DNA of 64,000 bases from contig CALXSR010000030.1 in the NCBI GenBank assembly GCA_944391215.1, forward strand, positions 11,002-75,001, in the 5' to 3' direction. The notes below the pieces were generated by a model. It saw only the letters and a list, made by a program, of their open reading frames with translations. It had not been told where the DNA came from and made no database searches. This DNA comes from an uncultured Clostridia bacterium. Lineage in GTDB: Bacteria; Bacillota; Dehalobacteriia; UBA4068; CALXSR01. A program made the position numbers and the translations under genes. Each line of letters opens with the position of its first letter. Positions within the stretch are counted from its first letter, which is position 1. Positions 18,796 to 28,860 of the stretch are shown here, in pieces.

Positions 18796-19440
18796 ATGAA
18801 AAACGGTCTTTTTATTTCGTTCGAAGGCCCGGATGGCAGTGGCAAAAGCAGCACGATGGCTTTTATTGGTCATTTATTGCAGGAAAAAGGGTATTCCGTG
18901 GTGTTGACCAAAGAACCCGGCGGCGATGAAATAGGGCAGCAGATCCGGCAAATTTTATTAAATCCGATGAATCAAGAAATCCATCCTATTACGGAAGCTT
19001 TTTTATATGCTGCCGATCGGGCGCAGCATGTGCAAAAAATTATTCTACCGGCCTTGCAAGCGGGTAAAATTGTGCTTTGCGACCGTTATGTGGATTCGCA
19101 AATTGCTTATCAGGGATATGGGCGCGGTTTTTTAAGCAAAGACTTTTTATATGATTTAAATCATATGGCTAGCGGCGGTTTGTTGCCAGACTTAACATTG
19201 CTTTTATTGGTAAAACCGGAAATTGGGCTTATGCGTTCTAAAATACGCGATCATGGGCAATCTGATCGTATGGAGCAGGAGGCTTTCGCTTTTCATCAAA
19301 AAACCTGTCAAGGATATCTGGATTTGGCCAAAGAGCATCCGCAACGAATTTTCACAGTAGACGCGGAAAAACCGCAAGCGGAAGTGGTGGAAATTTGTTG
19401 GCAAAAAATAAGCTCTTTTTTAAAAGAACAGGGCAAATAA
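18796..19440 (+). CDS. tmk: Thymidylate kinase
   Basis: P-loop FEGPDGSGKSS, DRY motif (CDRYVDS) and lid region. 214 aa. Confidence 0.9.
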   Translation: MKNGLFISFEGPDGSGKSSTMAFIGHLLQEKGYSVVLTKEPGGDEIGQQIRQILLNPMNQEIHPITEAFLYAADRAQHVQKIILPALQAGKIVLCDRYVDSQIAYQGYGRGFLSKDFLYDLNHMASGGLLPDLTLLLLVKPEIGLMRSKIRDHGQSDRMEQEAFAFHQKTCQGYLDLAKEHPQRIFTVDAEKPQAEVVEICWQKISSFLKEQGK

Positions 19441-19484
19441 ACTTTTTTATGGTATAATATCTTTTTAAAGGAGGTTGCCTTTTT

Positions 19485-20324
19485 ATGCAAAATGCATTGT
19501 GGCAAGCCGTGCAAAAAAAACAGGTGAGCCATGCTTATTTATTTTGCGGGCCGGCGGAACTCTGCCAGAAAGAAGCATATGCTATGGCGGCCGCTTTAAA
19601 TTGTAGTAATTGGCAAACAGATGGCCCATGTGGTAAGTGTCGCTCTTGCAAACAAATGGCCAATGGCAATCATCCTGATTTTATGGTTTTGGGAACGCTG
19701 GATGGAAAACAAAAAATATCCATTGAGCAAATTAGGCAGTTAAAACAAAAGGCTGCTTTGCGTAGTTATCAAGCCGGGTATCAAATCTTTTTTTTGCCGA
19801 TGGTGGAAAATTTTACTTTGCAAGCCGCCAATAGTTTGCTGCAAATTTTAGAGGAACCGCCTAGCGGTACGGTGTTTTTATTGACTGCCGCGCATGAGGA
19901 TTTATTATTACCTACTATTGTATCGCGTTGTCAGGTTTTGCATTTGGCGGAAGGGGAAGAAGGGCGTTTAGAAGATAGTCGGGAGATATTTTTAGCTGCC
20001 CGGGATTTTTTGCAAAGTATGCCGCATACCAATGAGGCTTTGCTGTTGCAATGGAGTAAAAACTGGGAGGGAAAAAACAGCGAATGTTTACGCTTTCTAA
20101 CGGCCATGCTATATTTAATACGAGATAGTTATTTACCGCAAGGCAGCCCGAAAGAGTTGTTTTTGGCGGAAATTGCGATCCCGCCTTTGTTTGGAGAAAA
20201 TGCTGCTTTCGCGGTTGCAGAAGTAGAAAAAAGTATCCAATATTTGCAAAAACAAGTGAACTTAAAAATGACTTTGGATGTTTTGGCTTTACATTTAAAA
20301 CAGTGGTGTTTGCCAAACGCGTAG
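19485..20324 (+). CDS. holB: DNA polymerase III delta' subunit
   Basis: HAYLFCGP N-terminus, zinc module CGKCRSC, and SRCQ sensor motif. 279 aa. Follows tmk as in Bacillus. Confidence 0.85.
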   Translation: MQNALWQAVQKKQVSHAYLFCGPAELCQKEAYAMAAALNCSNWQTDGPCGKCRSCKQMANGNHPDFMVLGTLDGKQKISIEQIRQLKQKAALRSYQAGYQIFFLPMVENFTLQAANSLLQILEEPPSGTVFLLTAAHEDLLLPTIVSRCQVLHLAEGEEGRLEDSREIFLAARDFLQSMPHTNEALLLQWSKNWEGKNSECLRFLTAMLYLIRDSYLPQGSPKELFLAEIAIPPLFGENAAFAVAEVEKSIQYLQKQVNLKMTLDVLALHLKQWCLPNA

Positions 20325-20343
20325 GAAGGAGCCTGTAAAATAG

Positions 20344-21096
20344 ATGACCAAGGAAAAAAAGGAAGAAAAATTTTTAACGGTAGTGGGGGTGCGTTTTAAA
20401 ACTGCCGGTAAAATATATTATTTTAACCCTGCTGATTGGAAGCTTGCCGTTGGCGATGCGGTGATTGTAGAAACTGCTCGCGGTCAAGAATATGGATTTG
20501 TAGTATTGGCCAACCGTAAAGTTTCCTCTCGGGAAGTGGTGCAACCTTTAAAAGATGTGATTCGCAAAGCTACGCCAAAAGATCAGGAAAAATATGCCGA
20601 AAACAAGGAAAAGGAAAAAGAGGCATTTCAAATTTGTTTGGAAAAAATCGCGAAGCATAAATTACCAATGAAATTGGTGGAAGTATCCTATGCTTTTGAC
20701 GCCAGCAAAATTATTTTTTATTTTTATGCGGAAAGCCGGGTTGATTTTCGTGATTTGGTGAAAGATTTAGCGGCTATTTTCCGTACCCGCATTGAATTGC
20801 GGCAAATTGGTGTGCGCGATGAAGCCAAACTAATGGGCGGTTTAAGCTCCTGTGGCCGGATTTTATGTTGCCATAGCGTGCTTGGGGATTTTCAACCTGT
20901 TTCGATTCGTATGGCCAAAAAGCAAAATTTATCTTTAAATCCTTCTAAAATTTCCGGAATCTGCGGTCGGCTGATGTGTTGTTTAAAATTTGAAAGCTAT
21001 GATGACGATGAAAAAGGCCATAAAGACGAGGATTGGGAAGATATTGATTTGGATGAAATTTCGGAAGAAGAAATCAAAAAAATAAGCGAGGAATAA
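20344..21096 (+). CDS. ricT: PSP1-domain protein RicT (YaaT, stage 0 sporulation/competence-related)
   Basis: 250 aa. Conserved cysteine pairs (SSCGRILCCH, CGRLMCC) and an acidic C-terminus. Position after holB. Confidence 0.8.
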   Translation: MTKEKKEEKFLTVVGVRFKTAGKIYYFNPADWKLAVGDAVIVETARGQEYGFVVLANRKVSSREVVQPLKDVIRKATPKDQEKYAENKEKEKEAFQICLEKIAKHKLPMKLVEVSYAFDASKIIFYFYAESRVDFRDLVKDLAAIFRTRIELRQIGVRDEAKLMGGLSSCGRILCCHSVLGDFQPVSIRMAKKQNLSLNPSKISGICGRLMCCLKFESYDDDEKGHKDEDWEDIDLDEISEEEIKKISEE

Positions 21097-21099
21097 AAA

Positions 21100-21393
21100 T
21101 TGTCTTTGAGCAATGATTTGCGCCTTTGGGAAGCCGATTTGGAGAAACTGTTGCTGGAACTGCGGGAACTAAGGCAAAGGGCGGCTAATTTAGAAGAGCA
21201 AAATCAAATTTTAAGGGAAAAGGTGGCGGCGGAGAATATCCGCGGTGAAGGGTTGGAATCTTTAAGTCATCTTTATGACGAGGGATTTCATGTTTGTCAT
21301 GCCCATTTTGCCCAACAAAGAGAAGAGGATTGTTTGTTTTGCTTATCGCTTTTACACCAGGTGGACGCCCCGGAAAATAAAACGGGGGAATAA
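21100..21393 (+). CDS. yabA: DNA replication initiation-control protein YabA
   Basis: 97 aa. Leucine-zipper-like N-terminus and C-terminal Zn-binding region HVCHAHF...CLFC. TTG start after gagga. Follows ricT as in Bacillus. Confidence 0.7.
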   Translation: MSLSNDLRLWEADLEKLLLELRELRQRAANLEEQNQILREKVAAENIRGEGLESLSHLYDEGFHVCHAHFAQQREEDCLFCLSLLHQVDAPENKTGE

Positions 21394-21395
21394 AA

Positions 21396-22139
21396 ATGAC
21401 GCGAAAAGAACAGGAACGGTTAGACCAACTGGGATGGGATAATTTGCAAATTATTCAAAACCCAAGTTGGTTTTGTTTTAGCCTAGACGCCATTTTATTG
21501 GCTGCTTTTGCGCAAATTTCCCCACAGGATAAGGTTATGGATTTGGGAACGGGAACGGGCGTCATCCCCTTATTATTGTCTTATCGGGAAAAGAATGCCC
21601 GTATTCAGGGGTTAGAGCTACAGCCTGAAGTATTGTCCATGGCGCAAAGAAGTATTGCCTTAAACCATAAGGAAGCGCAAATTACATTATACCAAGGCGA
21701 CCTTTGTACGGCTTCGGCCCTTTTTGGCAAAGGCCAGTACGATTTGGTGGTTTGTAATCCGCCCTATGATAAAAAAAATTGCGGTCGCCCTGGAAAAAAC
21801 AAGCAAAGAGAAATTTCTCGAAAAGAAATTTTTTGTACTTTAGAAGATGTAATACGGGAGTCTGCTCTTTTATTAAATGCGCAGGGGCGATTAGCATTGG
21901 TGCATCGGCCGGCGCGTTTAGCGGAAATATTCCATTTATGTATTACTCATCAACTGCAGGTAAAAAGATTGCGTTTGGTCTATCCCCGTTATCATCGGGA
22001 GCCCAATATGGTTTTGCTGGAAGCTGTAAAACAAGGGAAAGGGGATTTACAAGTATTGCCTCCCTTGTTTATTTATGAAAGCGAAACGCAGTATAGTGAG
22101 GAAATGCAATCTATTTTTGCCGGACATATACAGGGATGA
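21396..22139 (+). CDS. trmN6: tRNA1(Val) (adenine37-N6)-methyltransferase TrmN6 (YabB)
   Basis: SAM-binding VMDLGTGTGVI and the N6-adenine MTase motif VVCNPPYDKK. Confidence 0.75.
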   Translation: MTRKEQERLDQLGWDNLQIIQNPSWFCFSLDAILLAAFAQISPQDKVMDLGTGTGVIPLLLSYREKNARIQGLELQPEVLSMAQRSIALNHKEAQITLYQGDLCTASALFGKGQYDLVVCNPPYDKKNCGRPGKNKQREISRKEIFCTLEDVIRESALLLNAQGRLALVHRPARLAEIFHLCITHQLQVKRLRLVYPRYHREPNMVLLEAVKQGKGDLQVLPPLFIYESETQYSEEMQSIFAGHIQG

Positions 22140-22167
22140 AAAGGGTTGCTGGGAAAGGAGGCCAAAA

Positions 22168-23028
22168 ATGGCGGGTACCTTATATTTGGTGGCCAGCCCC
22201 ATTGGCAACATGGGGGATTTAACAGCCCGGGCCGGCGCTGTTTTGGCGCAAGTTGATTTGGTTGCTGCCGAAGATACCAGAAGGAGCGGGCAATTATTAC
22301 AATATTTGGGTATTAAAAAGCCGTTGACCAGCTATTTTGAGCATAATAAAAGGAAAAAAGGGGAAGTTATTTTAAATGCTCTTTTAGACGGACAAAATGT
22401 TGCTTTATTATGTGACGCCGGCACGCCTGGTATTGCCGACCCAGGAGCGGATATTGCCCGAGAAGCCATTGCCGCCGGTATTGATGTTATTCCCATACCG
22501 GGAGCTTGCGCTATGCTAACAGCTCTAATGGCTAGTGGTCTTACCACGGAGCGTTTTGTTTTCGAGGGTTTTTTACCGCGGAAGGAAAAAGAACGCAAAT
22601 TAAGATTAGAAGAATTACAAACAGAAATGCGTACAATGGTTTTTTATGAAGCGCCGCATCGACTAAAGGATACTTTAAAAGCGATGGAACAAGTTTTTGG
22701 CCAGGAACGGAAGGCGGTTTGCGCGCGCGAGCTAACAAAAAAATTTGAAGAATTTTTACGCATGGATTTGGCACAACTAAATGCCCATTTTGCCCAAAAG
22801 GATCCCAAGGGGGAATTTGTAGTGGTAGTGGCTGGGGCCGAAAAAAGGAAGGATGAAATAGAAATAGACTTGCATGCTTTGTTAGAAGTAAGAGAGCAAT
22901 TGGAACAGGAAGGCCTAAGCCGCAAAGAAGCGGCAAAAGCGGTTGCAAAGTTGTATGGTAAGAGTGTAAAAGAAATTTATGGCTTAGGATTGGAGCAAGA
23001 CGAATGGAGTGAATATCCCTGCGATTGA
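22168..23028 (+). CDS. rsmI: 16S rRNA (cytidine1402-2'-O)-methyltransferase RsmI
   Basis: Tetrapyrrole-methylase fold. LYLVASPIGNMGDLTARA...AAEDTRRSG is diagnostic of RsmI. Start at the ATG after gaaaggagg. Confidence 0.85.
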   Translation: MAGTLYLVASPIGNMGDLTARAGAVLAQVDLVAAEDTRRSGQLLQYLGIKKPLTSYFEHNKRKKGEVILNALLDGQNVALLCDAGTPGIADPGADIAREAIAAGIDVIPIPGACAMLTALMASGLTTERFVFEGFLPRKEKERKLRLEELQTEMRTMVFYEAPHRLKDTLKAMEQVFGQERKAVCARELTKKFEEFLRMDLAQLNAHFAQKDPKGEFVVVVAGAEKRKDEIEIDLHALLEVREQLEQEGLSRKEAAKAVAKLYGKSVKEIYGLGLEQDEWSEYPCD

Positions 23029-23088
23029 CATTTCTGCCAGGAATTTCTATAATGATAAGAATAATGATGATACCTTGGAGGGAAGAAA

Positions 23089-25017
23089 ATGAGCGAAAAA
23101 AAGACCTATTATATTACGACACCGATTTATTATCCGAGTGGTAATTTGCATATCGGACATGCCTATACGACGGTTGCAGCTGATACCATGAAAAGGTATA
23201 AAAAAATGCAAGGCTATGACGCTTATTTTTTAACCGGTACGGATGAACACGGTTTGAAAATACAAAAAAGAGCGGAAGAAGCCGGCAAAAGCCCACAACA
23301 GTTTGTGGATGAAATTGTAGCCGGCATTAAGGATTTATGGCAATTACTAAATATCGATTATGACGATTTTATTCGTACCACAGAAGAAAGACATCAGAAA
23401 GTTGCGCAAGCCATTTTTCAAAAAATCTATGACCAAGGCGATATTTATAAATCGGAATATGAAGGCTGGTATTGTACCCCTTGCGAAACCTTTTTTACCG
23501 AAAGGCAAGTAGGAGAAGAACATATTTGCCCGGATTGCGGCCGCCCGGTACAATTGGCCAAGGAAGAAAGTTATTTCTTTAAAATGAGTAAATATGCCGA
23601 CCGTTGGTTGCAATTTATTGCAGAAAATCCGGATTTTATCCAGCCTGAAACGCGTAAAAATGAAATGGTTAGCTTTGTAAAACAAGGCCTGGATGATTTA
23701 TGCGTTTCGCGTACCACATTTAGTTGGGGTATTCCGGTGCCATTTAATCAAAAACATGTGATTTATGTTTGGTTTGACGCTTTGATTAACTATATCTCCG
23801 CTTTGGGTTTTGGTACCGATCATGACGAATTATATCAAAAGTATTGGCCGGCTGATTTGCATTTGATGGCCAAAGATATTATTCGCTTCCATGCCATTAT
23901 TTGGCCTATTATGTTGATGGCGGCCGATATTCCTTTGCCCAAACAAGTTATGGCGCATGGTTGGCTTTTGATGAATGATAGTAAAATGAGTAAATCAAAA
24001 GGCAATGTGGTAGATCCGGTTATTTTGGCTAACCGTTATGGCGTAGATACCATTCGTTATTTTCTTTTGCGGGAAATGGCCTTTGGTATGGACGCCAATT
24101 ATAGTGAAGAGTCTTTGGTAAATCGTATGAACATCGATTTGGCCAATGATTACGGAAATTTATTGTCCCGCACCACTTCTATGATGGAAAAATTCTGCGA
24201 TGGGATTGTCGGCGCCCCGGGTGTTGGAACGGAATTTGATGCTGATTTAATTGCTTTGGCCAAAGAAACGCCGGTCGTAGTAGCAAGCTATTTTGATAAA
24301 ACCGATTTGGCCAACGGTTTGGCCGCTATTTGGAAATTGATCAATAAAGCCAATAAATATATTGACAACGTTGCTCCTTGGGCTTTGAATAAAGCAGGGG
24401 AAAAAGAAAAATTGCAAACTGTTTTATACAATTTAGCGGAAGTATTGCGTTTGGTTACCATTATGATGAGCCCGGCAATGCCCAATACCGCTGCTCGGGT
24501 TTGGCAGCAGTTGGGGGTTACAGCGGAACAAATGGGCAATACTTGGCCCGATTTAACTTGGGGAAAATTCCCGTCCGGTATCACAATCCATCGTGGAGAA
24601 GCCTTGTTCCCACGGATGGATTGGGAAGCAATTCAAAAGGAAATGGCAGCGGAAGAAAAAGTGGAAGAAGAAAAACCGCAGTTTGAACCCATTGGCCCGG
24701 AAATTACCATTGATGATTTTGCCAAACTGGATTTACGGGTGGCCGATATTTTGGCTTGTGAACGGGTGCCGAAATCGGAAAAACTGTTGAAATTTCTTTT
24801 AAAAGTTGGAGAAGAAGAGCGGGTTATTTTATCCGGCATTGCCAAGTATTATGAACCAGAAAAACTGGTGGGGAAAAAAGTAATTATTATTGCCAATTTA
24901 AAACCGCGGAAAATGATGGGTATCGAATCAAAAGGCATGATTTTATCGGCTAGCTTGGGCGATGATTTGGAATTGCTTTCGGTAGAAAAAATGATAGCGG
25001 GTGCTACTGTTGGGTAA
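23089..25017 (+). CDS. metG: Methionine--tRNA ligase with C-terminal tRNA-binding (EMAP/Trbp111-like) domain
   Basis: HIGH motif (NLHIGHAYT), zinc knuckle (CTPCE...CPDCG), KMSKS, and a C-terminal OB fold. 642 aa. No T-box leader is possible, since the intergenic region is only about 60 nt. Confidence 0.95.
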   Translation: MSEKKTYYITTPIYYPSGNLHIGHAYTTVAADTMKRYKKMQGYDAYFLTGTDEHGLKIQKRAEEAGKSPQQFVDEIVAGIKDLWQLLNIDYDDFIRTTEERHQKVAQAIFQKIYDQGDIYKSEYEGWYCTPCETFFTERQVGEEHICPDCGRPVQLAKEESYFFKMSKYADRWLQFIAENPDFIQPETRKNEMVSFVKQGLDDLCVSRTTFSWGIPVPFNQKHVIYVWFDALINYISALGFGTDHDELYQKYWPADLHLMAKDIIRFHAIIWPIMLMAADIPLPKQVMAHGWLLMNDSKMSKSKGNVVDPVILANRYGVDTIRYFLLREMAFGMDANYSEESLVNRMNIDLANDYGNLLSRTTSMMEKFCDGIVGAPGVGTEFDADLIALAKETPVVVASYFDKTDLANGLAAIWKLINKANKYIDNVAPWALNKAGEKEKLQTVLYNLAEVLRLVTIMMSPAMPNTAARVWQQLGVTAEQMGNTWPDLTWGKFPSGITIHRGEALFPRMDWEAIQKEMAAEEKVEEEKPQFEPIGPEITIDDFAKLDLRVADILACERVPKSEKLLKFLLKVGEEERVILSGIAKYYEPEKLVGKKVIIIANLKPRKMMGIESKGMILSASLGDDLELLSVEKMIAGATVG

Positions 25018-25789
25018 ACAATTTTTTGATACGCATTGTCATTTGCAACATGAAGCATATGATCAGGATTTGCAGCAAGTATTAAGTCATTGCCAAGAAG
25101 CGCAAGTGGATTATATGACTGTAGTGGGCTGGGATTATCCCAGCTCATTACAAGCTGTTTCTTTGGCGCAGCAATATCCGGGGCGCATTTTTGCCGCTGT
25201 GGGCGTGCATCCGCAAGACTGTTTAACATGGAATGCAGAAATTGCCGCTGATTTATTTGCTTTGGCCCAAAAATCTTGCGTGGTAGCCATTGGCGAAATA
25301 GGATTGGATTATTATCGCGATCCTAGCCCGAAAGAGGTGCAGGCGCAGGTTTTTATAGAACAAATTCATATGGCTAAGGAGCTGCAAAAGCCAATTATCA
25401 TTCATAGCCGTGATGCGCATGGGCCTCTTTTTGATATTGTCAAAAAGGAAGCTGCTGCACAATTTGGCGGTATTATGCACTGCTATTCCGGCAGCGTGGA
25501 AATGGCCAGGCAATTATTGTCATCAGGCTGGACCATTTCTCTTGCTGGTCCCTTAACCTTTAAAAATGCCAGACAATTACCAGAAGTGGTAAATTTTGTG
25601 CCTTTGGATCGTTTATTGATTGAAACGGATTCTCCCTATATGAGCCCGGAACCCTTGCGCGGCAAGCGCAATGATCCAAGTCGCGTCACATATATAGCAG
25701 GGAAAATTGCGGAAATCAAAGGCGTTTCTTTAGAGGAAGTTGCTAATATAACGACCCAAAATGCAAAGCAAATTTTTCATATAGTATAG
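25010..25789 (+). CDS. tatD: TatD-family metal-dependent DNase/hydrolase (YabD)
   Basis: FDTHCHL N-terminus with conserved His/Glu/Asp residues. Start is ambiguous: GTG at 25001 or TTG at 25010, overlapping the metG 3' end. Confidence 0.8.
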   Translation: MGKQFFDTHCHLQHEAYDQDLQQVLSHCQEAQVDYMTVVGWDYPSSLQAVSLAQQYPGRIFAAVGVHPQDCLTWNAEIAADLFALAQKSCVVAIGEIGLDYYRDPSPKEVQAQVFIEQIHMAKELQKPIIIHSRDAHGPLFDIVKKEAAAQFGGIMHCYSGSVEMARQLLSSGWTISLAGPLTFKNARQLPEVVNFVPLDRLLIETDSPYMSPEPLRGKRNDPSRVTYIAGKIAEIKGVSLEEVANITTQNAKQIFHIV

Positions 25790-25883
25790 GTAAAAATTGG
25801 CGCTAAAAATAGGAAAATTTGCGGAAAACTGTCGAATAAAACACCAGTTAAAACGATATGAAAATGTGAAAGGCCAGGTCAAA

Positions 25884-25913
25884 ATTTGACATCTGGTCTT
25901 TTTTTGTGTAAAA
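25884..25913 (+). promoter_or_regulatory. Sigma-70-type promoter for the yabE-like gene, overlapping the tatD terminator hairpin
   Basis: TTGACA-N17-TAAAAT. The sequence ccaggtcaaaatttgacatctgg followed by a T run can form the tatD terminator. Confidence 0.5.
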
Positions 25914-25973
25914 TGTTAATTACGAAAAATCTTTTGCATATCTTATTAGCAAAAGTTTCGTTAGGGAGGTACT

Positions 25974-26987
25974 ATGAATAAAAGAAATGCCCGAAACGGG
26001 GACCCGGCAATGAAAAGGGCAGTAAAAAGGAAAAGTATTTTTTCTTTGCCTGTTTTATTGTTGGGTTTGGTAGTTTTCTCGGCAGTTTTCCTAGTGATAG
26101 CCCACAATATGCTACCAAAAGATATTACTTTGGTGGTGGACGGTGTGGCAACGGAGTATTCCACCCGTAGCAATACGGTAGCGGAGTTTTTAGCAGAAAA
26201 TAATATTTCAATCACAGCAGAAGATGTGATTGAACCAGGACTAGAGGAATCTTTAACCCAGAATGAGGAAATTCGGTTGCAAAAAGCCATTGCCGTAGAG
26301 ATTGTAGCTGATGGCGAAAGCAAAACCATACGCCATATTCCGGCTACGGTGGTTGAATTTTTGCATATGGCGGATATTTCCTTAGGAGAAAATGACTTAT
26401 TAAGTATCCCGAAAGAAACCGCTTTAACAGAATCTACGCAAGTGGTTGTTACTAGGGTTACCAAAGAAGTAAAAAGTTTTCAGCAAGAAATTGCTTATCG
26501 ACAAGAAAGACAAGATGACCCGAAATTAGAAAGAGGCGTATCAAGGGTTGTAAGCCGTGGTCAAAACGGTTTAAAAGAAATCACGGTTGAATTGGTTTAT
26601 CACGATGGTGAATTGGTAGAAAGAAATACCATTGCCGAAGAAGTGTTGAAAAAACCAGTGAATAAAGTGGTGGCCTATGGAACGATTAGCACCGTTTCTC
26701 GTGGCGGCCAAACCTTTGATTTCCGCGAAGTGAAAACGGTAAAAGCTTATGCCTATACTGGCGGCGGTCGTACTGCTTCTGGTACCAAGGCCAGAGTAGG
26801 CGCAATTGCGGTAGATCCCAAGGTAATTCCTTTGGGCACCAAGGTATATGTAGAAGGATATGGTTTTGCTACGGCGGAAGATACTGGTGGTAATATCAAA
26901 GGGAATACAATCGATCTTTATATGGATACCAAAAGCCAGTGCCTTACCTGGGGAATTAAAACTGTGAAAGTATATATCTTGCAATAA
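25974..26987 (+). CDS. yabE: YabE-like protein (N-terminal TM, DUF348/G5 region, C-terminal 3D domain)
   Basis: 337 aa. 3D-domain C-terminus AYAYTGGGRTASGT...AVDPKVIPLGTKVYVEGYG...DTGGNIKGN. Position after tatD as in Bacillus. Confidence 0.75.
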   Translation: MNKRNARNGDPAMKRAVKRKSIFSLPVLLLGLVVFSAVFLVIAHNMLPKDITLVVDGVATEYSTRSNTVAEFLAENNISITAEDVIEPGLEESLTQNEEIRLQKAIAVEIVADGESKTIRHIPATVVEFLHMADISLGENDLLSIPKETALTESTQVVVTRVTKEVKSFQQEIAYRQERQDDPKLERGVSRVVSRGQNGLKEITVELVYHDGELVERNTIAEEVLKKPVNKVVAYGTISTVSRGGQTFDFREVKTVKAYAYTGGGRTASGTKARVGAIAVDPKVIPLGTKVYVEGYGFATAEDTGGNIKGNTIDLYMDTKSQCLTWGIKTVKVYILQ

Positions 26988-27025
26988 ATAGGGATAAAAT
27001 AAATAGGAAAACAAACGAGAATTGA

Positions 27026-27052
27026 AAAGGACGCGATATGCGTCCTTTTTCA
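27026..27052 (+). terminator. Rho-independent terminator after yabE
   Basis: aaaaggacgcgatatgcgtccttttt. Confidence 0.6.
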
Positions 27053-27085
27053 TGTTATAATAAAAACCTGAAAGGAAGTTTTGCT

Positions 27086-27955
27086 ATGAAAATCATTGAT
27101 TCTCATTTGCATCTTTGCCAAACAGAAGGTTTTTGTCGTACGGCAGCGTTTGCCCATTGCGAAAATAGCATGGTTTATGTACAAAAAGAATTTGCCAAAA
27201 ATAATATTGTCATGGGAATTGGCATGGGAAATCAACCGTTTGATACCAAAGATACCGCGCCTTTGGTATGTAATTTAGCCGGGCAAATGATATTGGAGCC
27301 GTATAATTATCCGCAAAATATTGCCTGTTGTTTGGGGATTGCAGCAGATAAAATAACCAAAGAAAATCAAAAGCAAATGGTGGATTCTTTTGCCCAGGCG
27401 CTTGCTTGTTTTCATATTGTGGGGCTAAAAGTATATGCTGGCTATCAGCCTTATGATTTATTGGATTGGCGCTACCTTCCTTTTTACGATTTGGCGGCGC
27501 AAATGCAGGTGCCGGTGGTCATTCATGCTGGGGATACCGCCAATAGTAAAGGTCTGTTAAAATATGCGCATCCTTTATTGGTAGATGAATTGGCTGGGCA
27601 TTTTCCGCAAACTTTTTTTGTGATTGCCCATTATGGCAGCCCTTGGTTGGCGGATGCTGCGGAAGTGGTTTGTAAAAATAAAAATACAGCTATTGATTTA
27701 TCTGGTCTTTTGGCGGGACCGATTGATCCCGATACCGTATGGCGGGAACAAGAAGGGTATTTTTCTCTTATTCGTACTTGGAATCAATATATGGCGATTT
27801 ACGACCGCCTGTTGTATGGTTCGGATTGGCCCTTAGTACCGATGGCGCCTTATATCGAAATTATGTCGCGTCTGATTCCTGCGCGTTTTCAGGAGGATGT
27901 ATTTTATCATAATGCTAGACGCATTTTTACGCGTATTCAGCCTTATACGGAATAG
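27086..27955 (+). CDS. Amidohydrolase-2 (PF04909-like) TIM-barrel metal-dependent hydrolase
   Basis: IDSHLHL, HAGDT, HYGSPW and GSDWP metal-ligand motifs. Occupies the position of rnmV between yabE and rsmA in Bacillus. Confidence 0.65.
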   Translation: MKIIDSHLHLCQTEGFCRTAAFAHCENSMVYVQKEFAKNNIVMGIGMGNQPFDTKDTAPLVCNLAGQMILEPYNYPQNIACCLGIAADKITKENQKQMVDSFAQALACFHIVGLKVYAGYQPYDLLDWRYLPFYDLAAQMQVPVVIHAGDTANSKGLLKYAHPLLVDELAGHFPQTFFVIAHYGSPWLADAAEVVCKNKNTAIDLSGLLAGPIDPDTVWREQEGYFSLIRTWNQYMAIYDRLLYGSDWPLVPMAPYIEIMSRLIPARFQEDVFYHNARRIFTRIQPYTE

Positions 27956-27971
27956 GAGAGGAGAAGTTCGT

Positions 27972-28856
27972 TTGACCCAACAAAATGGAAATGATAGCAA
28001 AAGCCCGATGCATAAAATGATGCAGCTTTATGGCATTCGTGCTAAAAAATCTTTAGGCCAAAATTTTTTAATGGACGCTTCTTATATTCATCAAATTACG
28101 GAAGCCATTGGCGCGGATGAAAAAGATATTGTGGTGGAAATTGGCCCGGGACTGGGCGCTTTAACCAATGAATTGCAAAAAGAAGCCGGCGCTGTTTTAG
28201 CCTTAGAATTAGACCAAAAATTGTTTGAAATTTTGCAGGTAGAATATAAAATGCAAGAAAATGTGCAGGTGTTTTTGCAGGATGCCTTGACTTGCGATAT
28301 TGCTTTATTGGTAAAGGAACAGCAAAAAAAAGGGGATTTTCGCGCCGGTTTTTTGGCTTGCGGAAATTTGCCTTATTATATCACTACGCCCATTATGATG
28401 CGTTTTTTAGAATCCGATTGGAATTGGCGCAAACTGGTTTTTATGGTGCAAAAAGAAGTGGCGGAACGGATGGTTGCGCCGCCTGGGGGCAAGGATTATG
28501 GGGCGCTTTCTTTGGCTGTGCAATATCATGCCCAAACGGAATTGGTTACCATTGTACCGCCGGAAGTGTTTTATCCGCAACCCAAAGTATATTCTGCTGT
28601 GATTGCCTTACATCGTTTGGAAAAACCGCCGGTTGCGGTAATTGACGAAAAAAAATTCTTCTCTTTAATCAAAATTGCTTTTGCGCAGAGAAGAAAAACT
28701 TTGCTGAATTGTTTGGGCAGCCAAACCTCTATGAGCAAGGAAGCTTGGCTGCCTTTATTAGAAAAAGCGCAAATTAACCCGCAACGGCGAGGGGAAACAT
28801 TATCTATGCAGGAATTTGCTACTTTGGCCGATTTATGGACGCAAAGCGTTGGCTAA
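27972..28856 (+). CDS. rsmA: 16S rRNA (adenine1518/1519-N6)-dimethyltransferase
   Basis: KKSLGQNFL, EIGPGLGALT and NLPYYITTP motifs. TTG start at 27972 follows gaggagaag. Confidence 0.9.
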   Translation: MTQQNGNDSKSPMHKMMQLYGIRAKKSLGQNFLMDASYIHQITEAIGADEKDIVVEIGPGLGALTNELQKEAGAVLALELDQKLFEILQVEYKMQENVQVFLQDALTCDIALLVKEQQKKGDFRAGFLACGNLPYYITTPIMMRFLESDWNWRKLVFMVQKEVAERMVAPPGGKDYGALSLAVQYHAQTELVTIVPPEVFYPQPKVYSAVIALHRLEKPPVAVIDEKKFFSLIKIAFAQRRKTLLNCLGSQTSMSKEAWLPLLEKAQINPQRRGETLSMQEFATLADLWTQSVG

Positions 28857-28860
28857 AGGT

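Noticed and set aside
22332-22948. Minus-strand ORFs (88, 135, 93 aa) inside rsmI
   Set aside because: They are shadow ORFs antisense to rsmI, with low-complexity Pro/Leu-rich translations.
23029-23088. T-box leader upstream of metG (and of glnS)
   Set aside because: The intergenic regions are only about 60 nt (metG) and about 95 nt (glnS). That is too short for a T-box, and no specifier/T-box motifs are present.
25961-27053. 167-aa and 160-aa minus-strand ORFs overlapping yabE
   Set aside because: They are fully antisense to the yabE-like CDS with its conserved 3D domain. They are typical shadow ORFs.
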